Source: Basidiobolus meristosporus CBS 931.73 (Eukaryota > Fungi > Basidiobolomycota). Taken from it: a DNA stretch of 64,000 bases. Below are positions 1-13,353 of the stretch, piece after piece. Location: NCBI GenBank assembly GCA_002104905.1, contig MCFE01000192.1, positions 1 through 64,000 of the forward strand, written 5' to 3'. Under the pieces are notes generated by a model. That model did not search any database. It was given only the letters and a program-made list of their open reading frames with translations, and was not told the origin of the DNA. Positions within the stretch are counted from its first letter, which is position 1, and each line of letters opens with the position of its first letter. Made by a program: the position numbers and the translations under genes.

Positions 1-423
1 CGGAGACTATGATCCAAATGACTAAGTCAAGTAAATATTTGGGTGTCATCAAAAAAATTTTGACAGTATTCACTATTGCTAAACGGTACGGGGATAGCCC
101 GAGAGTAAAATACGGTGTTTGTATCTGGACTGCTTGTTAGAAATTCAAGTAAGCAGTATGAGGAGCAGGATAATGGAGTGACCGTTGAAGGACCATCAAC
201 ATCTTCTAGTTTGCTGCAACTATCCCACAAATAAAACGGCAAATGTGTTGTCAGAACAAGCAGTCTTATCTGTATCACATTATATGGCAAAGATATCAAC
301 AGAGATAGCCGATCCGTAGCCGGATGTATCGGTGAAAAGTGATCAGGTACAATGTTTCATCTAATGTTTCGAGATTTCTGAGTATATTTAACATGCGTAT
401 CACAATCAAGGCCCCTTGAATGA

Positions 424-1447
424 ATGACAATCCTTACTGTTTGGACCTGTTTAGCATTCTCACTATGGCTATTTCTTGGATACCACATTTCACAGGTCAC
501 TAGTAAGCGTCAAGGAGAATACAAAATAATTGGTGGAAGTCTTGCTAGCAGAGAATTTACATTTCTGGCCCATTTGGTTATGGAAAGGCAAACTAGCTGC
601 GGTGGAGTTGTTATTGCTACCAAATGGATCATCACTGCTGCCCATTGCATCTACAAAGACACGGTGGGCTACGGAAAACTAGAAATGGTTCCACCCAATG
701 AAATGGCAGTCTCTTTAGGATCCTTGGGAATCAAAGGTGACATACAGGCAAACGTTCGCCAGATCTATCCACACCCAAAGTATGATCCCAAGAAATACAA
801 GGTACAAATCCATCTCTCTGGTTCTGCAGCTCTTGTCCATCCCTAATCCTTGCATTCAGAATGATATAGCCCTTCTTGAGCTTTCGGAAGACCTGATATT
901 TAGTCAAAACCTATCAAGAATTCCGATCGACTCTAGCAGGATTACCCCTAACCAATTGGTCATTGCCGCTGGATGGGGTCAAACAGAAAGTAAACACTTG
1001 TCACCTCAACTACTACAAGTTACTCTTCGTACTGCGCCAAACCAAATCTGTCGTCGAGACCGACCAGGTTTTCGATCCCATAATGGACCACAGATATGTA
1101 CTGGCGGAACACCGGGGAAAGATACTTGTCCTGGGGATTCTGGAGGCCCACTGTTAACAAAGGAGCGGGAATCTTCAATGAAGCTGTTAGGAGTAACGAG
1201 CTTCGGAACATTTACTTCAGCAACCGGGTTTCGTTGCGGCGATGATACCCTTGGTTATTTTACTCATGTAGCATATCACATGATGTTTATAAAGCAAGTG
1301 ACCAAGCTAAATGATTCTCAACTGCTAAGCGCATCCCCCTATGTCAATTTCCACTCCAACCTTGGGCTTCATGCGAGCATGAAAATACCAACCTCTTGCT
1401 ATTTGATCCTACTTGTGCTCGTCAGTGCCTATTTATTCCATATATAG
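424..1447 (+). CDS. Secreted trypsin-like serine protease (S1A) with C-terminal hydrophobic, GPI-signal-like tail; 2 exons (intron 802-859)
   Basis: Signal peptide, mature N-terminus IIGG, catalytic motifs TAAHC / NDIALL / GDSGGP, Asp at S1 pocket (KDTCPGDS). GT..AG intron 802-859 joins ORFs 424..846 and 737..1447 in frame. Tail YLILLVLVSAYLFHI. Confidence 0.93.
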
Positions 1448-1680
1448 AAGTTCTGATAAGTGCAAGATGGCATTTCCGATGAACTAAGGGTGACGATGGT
1501 GTCCGCATCGAGATCAGGTACATCGCTGTGCTATGGGCAAATAATAAGTCGCCCCCAAGAATAATAAAGAATCATTGTTGACAAGATAAAATTTTCCTGG
1601 AGTTGATATAGATTGATTGGGTAGTAGAATTGCCAATCTACGAGGTGAGACATGATTGGCTAGAAATCCGTCCGATTTAT

Positions 1681-1720
1681 AGAATCTGCTGGAATCTGAG
1701 AGAAGAACCAGGAAATTTGC
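1681..1720 (+). promoter_or_regulatory. Step-type heat shock element upstream of Hsp70 copy 1
   Basis: nGAAn at 1681, 1691, 1701 and 1711 (exact 10-bp period), about 100 bp upstream of the ATG; TATA-like TATAAG at 1741. Confidence 0.6.
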
Positions 1721-1818
1721 CGAGACTGTATCAGTCACTATATAAGCCCAATATACTTCTATACTGAAAATCATTCATCGTTTTTGTTGCAATCCCCTGT
1801 TTTTAATTCACATAAACA

Positions 1819-2979
1819 ATGTCTAAAGCTGTTGGTATCGATTTGGGAACTACCTACTCCTGCGTTGGTGTCTGGCAAAACGATCGTGTCGAGATCATTG
1901 CCAACGACCAGGGTAACAGAACCACTCCCTCTTATGTTGCCTTCACCGACTCTGAGCGTCTCATTGGTGATGCTGCCAAGAACCAAGTCGCCATGAACCC
2001 CACCAACAGTGTGTTCGATGCCAAGCGTCTCATTGGCCGTCGTTTCAACGACTCCGAGGTCCAGTCCGACATGAAGCACTGGCCTTTCAAGATTGTCGAG
2101 AAGGATTCCAAGCCCTTGATCCAAGTCGAGTACAAGGGTGAGACCAAGACCTTCACTCCCGAGGAAATCTCCTCCATGATCTTGTTGAAGATGAGAGAGA
2201 CCGCCGAGGCCTACCTCGGTGGTGAGGTCAAGAACGCCGTTGTCACCGTTCCTGCCTACTTCAACGACTCTCAGCGTCAAGCTACCAAGGATGCCGGAGC
2301 TATTGCTGGTATGAACGTTCTTCGTATCATCAACGAGCCTACTGCCGCCGCCATTGCCTACGGTCTTGACCAAAAGACCAGTGGCGAGAAGAATGTCCTC
2401 ATTTTCGATCTCGGAGGAGGTACCTTCGATGTCTCCCTCTTGACCATTGAGGATGGCATCTTCGAAGTCAAGGCCACTGCTGGTGATACTCACTTGGGTG
2501 GTGAAGATTTCGACAACCGCCTCGTCAGCCACTTTGTCCAAGAGTTCAAGCGCAAGAACAAGAAGGACTTGTCGAGCAACGCTCGTGCCCTTCGTCGTCT
2601 CAGAACCGCCTGTGAGCGTGCCAAGAGAACTCTGTCCTCTGCTGCTCAGACCTCGATTGAGATCGACTCCTTGTTCGAGGGTATCGACTTCTACACCTCC
2701 CTGACCCGTGCCAGATTCGAGGAGCTGTGCCAAGACTTGTTCCGCTCCACCATGGACCCTGTTGAGAAGGTTCTCCGTGACTCCAAGATCGACAAATCGA
2801 ACGTCCACGAGATTGTCCTTGTTGGAGGATCCACCCGTATCCCCAAGATTCAGAAGCTCGTCTCGGACTACTTCAACGGCAAGGAGCCCAACAAATCCAT
2901 CAACCCCGATGAGGCTGTTGCCTACGGAGCCGCTGTCCAGGCTGCCATCTTGTCTGGAGATACCTCTGAGAAGACTCAA

Positions 2980-3012
<33 letters not shown>

Positions 3013-3780
3013 TTGGGTATTGAGACCGCCGGAGGAGTGATGACTCCCTTGATCAAGAGAAACACCACTGTCCCCACCAAGAAGTCCGAGACCTTCTCCA
3101 CCTACGCCGACAACCAGCCCGGAGTGTTGATCCAGGTGTTTGAAGGTGAGCGTGCCCGTACCAAGGACAACAACATTCTCGGCAAGTTCGAGCTTACCGG
3201 CATTCCACCTGCTCCTCGTGGCGTTCCTCAAATCGAGGTCACCTTCGATGTCGATGCCAACGGTATCTTGAACGTGTCTGCTCTGGACAAGACCACTGGT
3301 CGCTCCAACAAGATCACCATCACCAACGACAAGGGCCGTCTCTCGAAGGAGGATATCGAGCGCATGGTGTCTGAGGCTGAGAAGTACAAGGCCGAGGATG
3401 AAGCTGCCGCCTCCCGTATTTCTGCCAAGAACGGACTCGAGTCCTATGCCTACTCTCTCCGCAACACCCTCCAAGACGAGAAGGTTGCCGGACAATTGGA
3501 GGCTGATGACAAGAAGAAGCTCGAGGAAGCCATCAACAGCACCATCAGCTGGTTGGATGACAGCCAAGAAGCCTCCAAGGAGGAATACGAGGACAAGCAA
3601 AAGGAGTTGGAAGGTGTTGCCAACCCCATCATGACCAAGATGTACCAAGCTGCTGGTGGGGCCCCAGGTGCTGCCCCTGGAGGATTCCCTGGAGCTGGTG
3701 CCGCTCCCGGCGCTGCCCCCGGTGGATTCCCTGGAGGTGCCGCTGACAACAGTGAGCCAAGCATTGAAGAGCTTGATTAG
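1819..3780 (+). CDS. HSP70: Cytosolic Hsp70 (SSA/Hsc70 type), copy 1, intronless, 653 aa
   Basis: [32 protein letters not shown] signatures; GGAP-rich tail ending IEELD. Confidence 0.99.
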
Positions 3781-4419
3781 ATTTTAAATTTGAATGATCG
3801 AAGCAAACAATCGTGTATTTTTAGAATTTACTCACTACACATTACCCAAGCACTATCCTATATCCATTATGTTTATATTTTCCTAATTCCAACTTGTTAA
3901 AAATACAGCATAATTTTATGGGACAATAAATTTGCCATTACCTATACATTTTTATTCGACCTTAAGTATCCTGATTTTGGCCATGACACTACTGAATCCT
4001 TACGAGCGTGTCCGATAATAAATATGTAGTCTTTGCATTGGTAATAAATTACGAAAAAGTGTCTCAGCCGGATGATGTTGATTCATATGCGATGGAAACA
4101 TTTACTGTTATGATTGATATTAATATTCCAGGAAATCTGGACGCAATTTATGTAGAATAATAGTCAGCTTTTCCAATAATGTGTAATAACTACGATATTT
4201 CAAATGGGGAGTATAATTAAAGCAATATTGAAAGTTTATTATCGGTATTCTCAAAGAAATAGTCACATTTGTTTACTCACAGTCACGTAAATCTCGCAAA
4301 ATGTAAAAAGAGCAGGTACAGCGGCATAAACCAAGCTAATTAACTAGTGATGTTGTAACAGCCCACGTCAGAGAATGCAAGATAGCGAATGATTGGACTG
4401 AGTGAGTTTGAGAATGAAT

Positions 4420-4475
4420 GCTCTAGAATTTTCTTGAGTACGAAGCCATGTGAGAGCCTTCACGCTAAATATAAA
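4420..4475 (+). promoter_or_regulatory. HSE and TATA box of Hsp70 copy 2
   Basis: gCTCt-aGAAt-tTTCt-tGAGt at 4420-4439; TATAAA at 4470-4475; ATTGG (reverse CCAAT) at 4392. Confidence 0.55.
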
Positions 4476-4559
4476 TAATGTGTGCCCTTCACCTTGAAAT
4501 AATAATCTGTATATTTGTAAACTCTTTGACACCATAATTCTTCCCACCAAGAAAATATA

Positions 4560-4994
4560 ATGTCCAAAGCTGTAGGAATTGATTTAGGAACCACCTACTC
4601 CTGCGTTGGTGTCTGGCAAAACGATCGTGTCGAGATCATTGCCAACGACCAGGGTAACAGAACCACTCCCTCTTATGTTGCCTTCACCGATACTGAGCGT
4701 CTCATCGGTGACGCTGCCAAGAACCAAGTCGCCATGAACCCCACTAACAGCGTGTTCGATGCCAAGCGTCTCATTGGTCGTCGTTTCAACGACTCCGAGG
4801 TCCAGTCCGACATGAAGCACTGGCCTTTCAAGGTTATTGAGAAGGACTCCAAGCCCTTGATCCAAGTCGAGTACAAGGGTGAGACCAAGACCTTCACTCC
4901 CGAAGAAATCTCTTCCATGATCTTATTGAAGATGAGAGAAACCGCTGAGGCTTATCTTGGTAGTGATGTTAAGAATGCTGTAATTACCGTTCCT

Positions 4995-5032
<38 letters not shown>

Positions 5033-5720
5033 TGCAGGCTCTATTTCAGGATTAAATGTGCTTCGTATCATCAACGAGCCTACTGCCGCCGCCATTGCCT
5101 ACGGTCTTGACCAGAAGGCTAGTGGCGAGAAGAATGTCCTCATTTTCGATCTCGGAGGAGGTACCTTCGATGTCTCCCTCTTGACCATTGAGGATGGCAT
5201 CTTCGAAGTCAAGGCCACTGCTGGTGATACCCACTTGGGTGGTGAAGATTTCGACAACCGCCTCGTCAGCCACTTTGTCCAAGAGTTCAAGCGCAAGAAC
5301 AAGAAGGACTTGTCGAGCAACGCTCGTGCCCTTCGTCGTCTCAGAACTGCCTGTGAGCGTGCCAAGAGAACTCTGTCCTCTGCTGCTCAGACCTCGATTG
5401 AGATCGACTCCTTGTTCGAGGGTATTGACTTCTACACCTCCCTGACCCGTGCCAGATTCGAGGAGCTGTGCCAAGACTTGTTCCGCTCCACCATGGACCC
5501 TGTTGAGAAGGTTCTCCGTGACTCCAAGATCGACAAATCGAACGTCCACGAGATTGTCCTTGTTGGAGGATCCACCCGTATCCCCAAGATTCAGAAGCTC
5601 GTCTCGGACTACTTCAACGGCAAGGAGCCCAACAAATCCATCAACCCCGATGAGGCTGTTGCCTACGGAGCCGCTGTCCAGGCTGCCATCTTGTCTGGAG
5701 ATACCTCTGAGAAGACTCAA

Positions 5721-5753
<33 letters not shown>

Positions 5754-6524
5754 TTGGGTATTGAGACCGCCGGAGGAGTGATGACTCCCTTGATCAAGAG
5801 AAACACCACTGTCCCCACCAAGAAGTCCGAGACCTTCTCCACCTACGCCGACAACCAGCCCGGAGTGTTGATCCAGGTGTTTGAAGGTGAGCGTGCCCGT
5901 ACCAAGGACAACAACATTCTTGGCAAGTTTGAATTGTCTGGCATTCCACCTGCTCCTCGTGGCATTCCTCAAATCGAGGTCACCTTCGATGTCGATGCCA
6001 ACGGTATCTTGAACGTGTCTGCTCTGGACAAGACCACTGGTCGCTCCAACAAGATCACCATCACCAACGACAAGGGCCGTCTCTCGAAGGAGGATATCGA
6101 GCGCATGGTGTCTGAGGCTGAGAAGTACAAGGCCGAGGATGAAGCTGCCGCCTCCCGTATTTCTGCCAAGAACGGACTCGAGTCCTATGCCTACTCTCTC
6201 CGCAACACCCTTCAAGACGAGAAGGTTGCCGGACAATTGGAGGCTGATGACAAGAAGAAGCTCGAGGAAGCCATCAACAGCACCATCAGCTGGTTGGATG
6301 ACAGCCAAGAAGCCTCCAAGGAGGAATACGAGGACAAGCAAAAGGAGTTGGAAGGTGTTGCCAACCCCATCATGACCAAGATGTACCAAGCTGCTGGTGG
6401 GGCCCCAGGCGGTGCCCCTGGAGGGTTCCCTGGTGCTGGTGGTGCTCCTGGAGGATTTCCCGGATCTGATGGAGCTGCAGGAGGTGGTGACAATAGCGGG
6501 CCCACTGTTGAAGAGCTTGATTGA
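4560..6524 (+). CDS. HSP70: Cytosolic Hsp70, copy 2 (most divergent copy), intronless, 654 aa
   Basis: All Hsp70 signatures; unique residues [33 protein letters not shown]; ends VEELD. Confidence 0.99.
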
Positions 6525-7569
6525 ATTCTATCATAATTTTTTTCAGTGTATGTTGTATGTATTTTATTCAATTTTTCCTGCAAGATGTAAATTTTCAGAA
6601 TATACAATAAATTACAAGATTTATTGAACTCCAGCATATCTTTGGGTCTTTTTGTTGGTAAGGTATATATAAATGTGTGTGCTTGTAGCAATCAGCCTCA
6701 TGCGTATATGAAGTTAATTTTACTCTTCGGTCTGTTTGTGGGTAAACATGAATTCAAGCTGATAGTTCAGAACATAACAATTTTGTAACTTGATACTTAT
6801 ACGAATTATAACAATTATTTAATGGAGTTGGTTTTCATGAAAATATTAACATTTTCATCGTATCAGGCGAGCGTTTTCTATCGCGAGCCTGAATACTGAA
6901 TATACCAAGGAATCATGGTTATGCGTCAGTTTGCTAGCAGAGTGCAGTGTTGAATTCTCCATGTTCGATTCCTATGCATTAAAAAGTAGGATTTATGAAC
7001 AATGAGTTGGAAAACTGGGCGTATTGGCAATTATCATATAAATGTAAATCAACTTCGTTGATAACCCTTATTTGTCTCAGAGTATCGTCCTATAGAGTTG
7101 GGGCAAAACAACAATCATCCATTTGTTTAGAAAGCAGCTAATATCTGATAAAGCACGAGTGTAGTGTGTGGGCAGTTTCTTCTGACGCCTAACGAAAAAA
7201 ATGCTACCCACTCCGAGCTTGTGCATTCAGGTCCGATATATGCATTAGCCTCGTGTCTAAATGAAATATTATATCTGGCCAAATCAACTCACTTTGTCAC
7301 CGGCTATTCATTGGCGGTTAGCCAGAAGTTAGCACATAAGGTTTTTATACTAACGGTAAACAATATACATGATTTTTAAAAAAGTGGCTGTATATTAGTA
7401 GCACTTTAAGATACCGCTTTATATGCAAAAGCATCGATAAAAGTGAGGAATCGAAATGATTCGTTGATTGAGACCCATCCGTCCAAAACATTACTAATTA
7501 ATCCAGTCATCTAATCATCTCCTCTGATTGTTTGGGATAGAATACGGTGCGATATCGTAAGTGCCAGTT

Positions 7570-7622
7570 GGAAGGTTGAGGAATCATCTAGAAAGAGTTA
7601 CGGGCTTTATGGGGATATAAAA
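7570..7622 (+). promoter_or_regulatory. Step-type HSE and TATA box of Hsp70 copy 3
   Basis: gGAAg 7570, gGAAt 7580, aGAAa 7590 (10-bp period); ATATAAAA at 7615-7622. Confidence 0.55.
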
Positions 7623-7724
7623 GTAGCGAGTTTGAAACCTATCACTTCACCCTAATTTTCTAAATTTCATTTTACGTCGTAGTCACCGAACGCTAAAATA
7701 CCCATTTAGTTAATTTACTATACT

Positions 7725-8735
7725 ATGTCCAAAGCCGTCGGAATTGATTTGGGTACCACCTACTCCTGCGTTGGTGTCTGGCAAAACGATCGTGTCGAGA
7801 TCATTGCCAACGACCAGGGTAACAGAACCACTCCCTCTTATGTTGCCTTCACCGACTCTGAGCGTCTCATTGGTGATGCTGCCAAGAACCAAGTCGCCAT
7901 GAACCCCACCAACAGCGTGTTCGATGCCAAGCGTCTCATTGGTCGTCGTTTCAACGACTCCGAGGTCCAGTCCGACATGAAGCACTGGCCTTTCAAGGTC
8001 GTCGAGAAGGACTCCAAGCCTTTGATCCAAGTCGAGTACAAGGGTGAGACCAAGACCTTCACTCCCGAGGAAATCTCCTCCATGATCTTGTTGAAGATGA
8101 GAGAGACCGCCGAGGCCTACCTCGGTGGTGAGGTCAAGAACGCCGTTGTCACCGTTCCTGCCTACTTCAACGACTCTCAGCGTCAAGCTACCAAGGATGC
8201 CGGAGCTATTGCTGGTATGAACGTTCTTCGTATCATCAACGAGCCTACTGCCGCCGCCATTGCCTACGGTCTTGACCAAAAGACCAGTGGCGAGAAGAAT
8301 GTCCTCATTTTCGATCTCGGAGGAGGTACCTTCGATGTCTCCCTCTTGACCATTGAGGACGGCATCTTCGAAGTCAAGGCCACTGCTGGTGATACTCACT
8401 TGGGTGGTGAAGATTTCGACAACCGCCTCGTCAGCCACTTTGTCCAAGAGTTCAAGCGCAAGAACAAGAAGGACTTGTCGAGCAACGCTCGTGCCCTTCG
8501 TCGTCTCAGAACCGCCTGTGAGCGTGCCAAGAGAACTCTGTCCTCTGCTGCTCAGACCTCGATTGAGATCGACTCCTTGTTCGAGGGTATCGACTTCTAC
8601 ACCTCCCTGACCCGTGCCAGATTCGAGGAGCTGTGCCAAGACTTGTTCCGCTCCACCATGGACCCTGTTGAGAAGGTTCTCCGTGACTCCAAGATCGACA
8701 AATCGAACGTCCACGAGATTGTCCTTGTTGGAGGA

Positions 8736-8770
<35 letters not shown>

Positions 8771-8885
8771 GGACTACTTCAACGGCAAGGAGCCCAACAA
8801 ATCCATCAACCCCGATGAGGCTGTTGCCTACGGAGCCGCTGTCCAGGCTGCTATCTTGTCTGGAGATACCTCTGAGAAGACTCAA

Positions 8886-8918
<33 letters not shown>

Positions 8919-9665
8919 TTGGGTATTGAGACCGCCGGAGGAGTGATGACTCCCTTGATCAAGAGAAACACCACTGTCCCCACCAAGAAGTCCGAGACCT
9001 TCTCCACCTACGCTGACAACCAGCCCGGAGTGTTGATCCAGGTGTTTGAAGGTGAGCGTGCCCGTACCAAGGACAACAACATTCTCGGCAAGTTCGAGCT
9101 TACCGGCATTCCACCTGCTCCTCGTGGCGTTCCTCAAATCGAGGTCACCTTCGACGTCGATGCCAACGGTATCTTGAACGTGTCTGCTCTGGACAAGACC
9201 ACTGGTCGCTCCAACAAGATCACCATCACCAACGACAAGGGCCGTCTCTCGAAGGAGGATATCGAGCGCATGGTGTCTGAGGCTGAGAAGTACAAGGCCG
9301 AGGATGAAGCTGCCGCCTCCCGTATTTCTGCCAAGAACGGACTCGAGTCCTATGCCTACTCTCTCCGCAACACCCTTCAAGACGAGAAGGTTGCCGGACA
9401 ATTGGAGGCTGATGACAAGAAGAAGCTCGAGGAAGCCATCAACAGCACCATCAGCTGGTTGGATGACAGCCAAGAAGCCTCCAAGGAGGAATACGAGGAC
9501 AAGCAAAAGGAGTTGGAAGGTGTTGCCAACCCCATCATGACCAAGATGTACCAAGCTGCTGGCGGTGCCCCAGGTGCTGCTCCAGGAGGATTCCCTGGCG
9601 GTGCCGCCCCTGGTGGATTCCCTGGTGCCGATAGCAGTGAGCCCACTGTCGAGGAGTTGGATTAA
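7725..9665 (+). CDS. HSP70: Cytosolic Hsp70, copy 3, intronless, 646 aa
   Basis: Hsp70 signatures; protein appears identical to copies 4 and 5; ends VEELD. Confidence 0.99.
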
Positions 9666-10128
9666 ACGCAACTTGCTGTTAACTTCTTTTTGTTGTAAAT
9701 AGTTAAAATAAACAGTAGTTTGTACCCTAAATTTTACCTTATTATGGTTATTAACGACTCTTTTTATATGTTATCTGATCTATAAAATTATGCGTATTGC
9801 CCAAGTTGAAAATTTGGGCAGCAAACCCATATCTCTGTTGTCGAATTAACAAGCTATTTAATAACTCAGTTATCAGCTCATTTTAACCAATAATTTCTCA
9901 TGGAATGGTTTATGCTTCCTGAATAAACTTTCCAATTAATGCAGTCCTGCTCGAGTAATTTTGAGTAACAGAATAGTAGTTAACACCGTTTGACTCCCAA
10001 CACTTGGTGGTAATCAAGATATGCCTTTACAAGTTGATACCCTGCGTCATAGTTTCGGATAAATATGGAATGATCGATATGAACTATCACTGAGTAAGAT
10101 CATGACGTTGATTGTGCTTGATTTGTCC

Positions 10129-10193
10129 GGAAATCCCTGGAAGGTTCAAGAATAATCAAATGGCGAAATCTGTGATCAGTAGAGGTATATAAA
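10129..10193 (+). promoter_or_regulatory. Canonical HSE and TATA box of Hsp70 copy 4
   Basis: Perfect gGAAg-gTTCa-aGAAt at 10139-10153 plus an in-phase gGAAa at 10129; TATATAAA at 10186-10193. Confidence 0.75.
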
Positions 10194-10285
10194 CTGAGTT
10201 TCTTCACAACAGCTCCAACAGTTCATTTTGTATATTGCATTTCATCTACTTTTCTACACCTAGACTTTAGCATATACATTCCATA

Positions 10286-11296
10286 ATGTCCAAAGCTGTC
10301 GGAATTGACTTGGGAACCACCTACTCCTGCGTTGGTGTCTGGCAAAACGATCGTGTCGAGATCATTGCCAACGACCAGGGTAACAGAACCACCCCCTCTT
10401 ATGTTGCCTTCACCGACTCTGAGCGTCTCATCGGTGATGCTGCCAAGAACCAAGTCGCCATGAACCCCACAAACAGCGTGTTCGATGCCAAGCGTCTCAT
10501 TGGTCGTCGTTTCAACGACTCCGAGGTCCAGTCCGACATGAAGCACTGGCCTTTCAAGGTCGTCGAGAAGGACTCCAAGCCTTTGATCCAAGTCGAGTAC
10601 AAGGGTGAGACCAAGACCTTCACTCCCGAGGAAATCTCCTCCATGATCTTGTTGAAGATGAGAGAGACCGCCGAGGCCTACCTCGGTGGTGAGGTCAAGA
10701 ACGCCGTTGTCACCGTTCCTGCCTACTTCAACGACTCTCAGCGTCAAGCTACCAAGGATGCCGGAGCTATTGCTGGTATGAACGTTCTTCGTATCATCAA
10801 CGAGCCTACTGCCGCCGCCATTGCCTACGGTCTTGACCAAAAGACCAGTGGCGAGAAGAATGTCCTCATTTTCGATCTCGGAGGAGGTACCTTCGATGTC
10901 TCCCTCTTGACCATTGAGGACGGCATCTTCGAAGTCAAGGCCACTGCTGGTGATACCCACTTGGGTGGTGAAGATTTCGACAACCGCCTCGTCAGCCACT
11001 TTGTCCAAGAGTTCAAGCGCAAGAACAAGAAGGACTTGTCGAGCAACGCTCGTGCCCTTCGTCGTCTCAGAACCGCCTGTGAGCGTGCCAAGAGAACTCT
11101 GTCCTCTGCTGCTCAGACCTCGATTGAGATCGACTCCTTGTTCGAGGGTATCGACTTCTACACCTCCCTGACCCGTGCCAGATTCGAGGAACTGTGCCAA
11201 GACTTGTTCCGCTCCACCATGGACCCTGTTGAGAAGGTTCTTCGTGACTCCAAGATCGACAAATCGAACGTCCACGAGATTGTCCTTGTTGGAGGA

Positions 11297-11331
<35 letters not shown>

Positions 11332-12226
11332 GGACTACTTCAACGGCAAGGAGCCCAACAAATCCATCAACCCCGATGAGGCTGTTGCCTACGGAGCCGC
11401 TGTCCAGGCTGCTATCTTGTCTGGAGATACCTCTGAGAAGACTCAAGACTTGCTTTTGCTCGATGTTGCTCCTCTCTCCTTGGGTATTGAGACCGCCGGA
11501 GGAGTGATGACTCCCTTGATCAAGAGAAACACCACTGTCCCCACCAAGAAGTCCGAGACCTTCTCCACCTACGCCGACAACCAGCCCGGAGTGTTGATCC
11601 AGGTGTTTGAAGGTGAGCGTGCCCGTACCAAGGACAACAACATTCTCGGCAAGTTCGAGCTTACCGGCATTCCACCTGCTCCTCGTGGCGTTCCTCAAAT
11701 CGAGGTCACCTTCGACGTCGATGCCAACGGTATCTTGAACGTGTCTGCTCTGGACAAGACCACTGGTCGCTCCAACAAGATCACCATCACCAACGACAAG
11801 GGCCGTCTCTCGAAGGAGGATATCGAGCGCATGGTGTCTGAGGCTGAGAAGTACAAGGCCGAGGATGAAGCTGCCGCCTCCCGTATTTCTGCCAAGAACG
11901 GACTCGAGTCCTATGCCTACTCTCTCCGCAACACCCTTCAAGACGAGAAGGTTGCCGGACAATTGGAGGCTGATGACAAGAAGAAGCTCGAGGAAGCCAT
12001 CAACAGCACCATCAGCTGGTTGGATGACAGCCAAGAAGCCTCCAAGGAGGAATACGAGGACAAGCAAAAGGAGTTGGAAGGTGTTGCCAACCCCATCATG
12101 ACCAAGATGTACCAAGCTGCTGGCGGTGCTCCAGGTGCTGCTCCAGGAGGATTCCCTGGCGGTGCTGCCCCTGGTGGATTCCCTGGTGCCGATAGCAGTG
12201 AGCCCACTGTTGAGGAATTGGATTAA
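10286..12226 (+). CDS. HSP70: Cytosolic Hsp70, copy 4, intronless, 646 aa
   Basis: Hsp70 signatures; ends VEELD. Confidence 0.99.
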
Positions 12227-12505
12227 TTATCCGGCAATATAATATCAGTCAATTTGTTATATATGTATAGAGACATTCAATAAAATCATTGAATACTAAG
12301 GTTTATTTTGGTACTTCGTTTGCGTATGGGAAATTTATAATGCAGATTATTGCATTTATAATGGTTTATCATAGGAAATTTATTGATAATAGTAGGAAGA
12401 TTGGTTAATAAGCGACCACAGTAAACTTCCCATATGGCATGCATTTTGAGGAAATAGATATATACTTCTTAAACTTGGTCCTCCAAGTACCAGTACCATA
12501 TTACT

Positions 12506-13142
12506 ATGAAGCTATCCTTACTGTGCTCTAATGTCATATCAGTGTTTGTCCTAATAAGAAGCGTTGCGGGGGACTTTATAATTACTTCACCAACTGACAC
12601 CAAACTTTTGGCCGGGACTATGGGAAAGATATCATGGTAATCACCACTGTAGTTTCAATGTATTTTTATTGGAGCCAGCGTGTTTGACATCATTTTATGA
12701 ACACAGGATTGAGAGTGGTCCTTCTCCAGCTACACCCTCTACAATGAATATATATCTTCTTTTTGGCGGAGACCCAACCAGATTACAGATGGTGGCTAAT
12801 ATTGGGAGCTCAATAGCTGGCAACAAAGGGTTTTATGAATGGTTTATTTTAGCTACCACCAGGAGCAGCAAGAATTATGTGATCCGAATGGGGGACGGCG
12901 AATACGCTAGATACAGCCATTATTTCGAAATCTACAACCCAACAATGCCGGCACTTCCGGAGACTTTAGATGCCGCACCTCAAAATCCCAGCAAAACGAC
13001 GGTGCCTACTACGACTTTAAAATCTGAGGTAAACGTGAACAAGCTCGCTAATACCAACGGAATATCTGACTCGAATGCTGGGATTGTTCCAGGACTGTGG
13101 TGTATACTAGCCCTCATATCACTCATTCGATTACTAGTTTGA
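12506..13142 (+). CDS. Kre9/Knh1-like (Ser/Thr-rich GPI family) cell-surface protein; 2 exons (intron 12637-12706)
   Basis: Spliced product MKLSLLCSNVISVFVLIRSVAG-DFIITSPT..GKISW-IESGP..YEWFI..YSHYFEI, then a P/T-rich linker and a hydrophobic GPI-like end (DSNAGIVPGLWCILALISLIRLLV). The TSP..W..YS..F.I pattern is typical of this Ig-like domain. Confidence 0.75.
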
Positions 13143-13353
13143 AAGACTTGTAATATTCATTTTCTATACATTTTGATATGCATTAAAACAGCCTTTGCGA
13201 AATTACTCGTTGATATTACATTGGAAATTTCTAGATTTTCTAAATGACACTTGTTTATTCTAAGATACAAGGCTACGACTACATGAAATAATCACATATT
13301 TATAATTAGAGTACATTGTTAAATACATATAAATAGGACTATCAATTGGCTAT

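Noticed and set aside
27-299. 90-aa minus-strand ORF at the window start
   Set aside because: No motif and no clear gene structure; cannot be supported without homology or RNA data.
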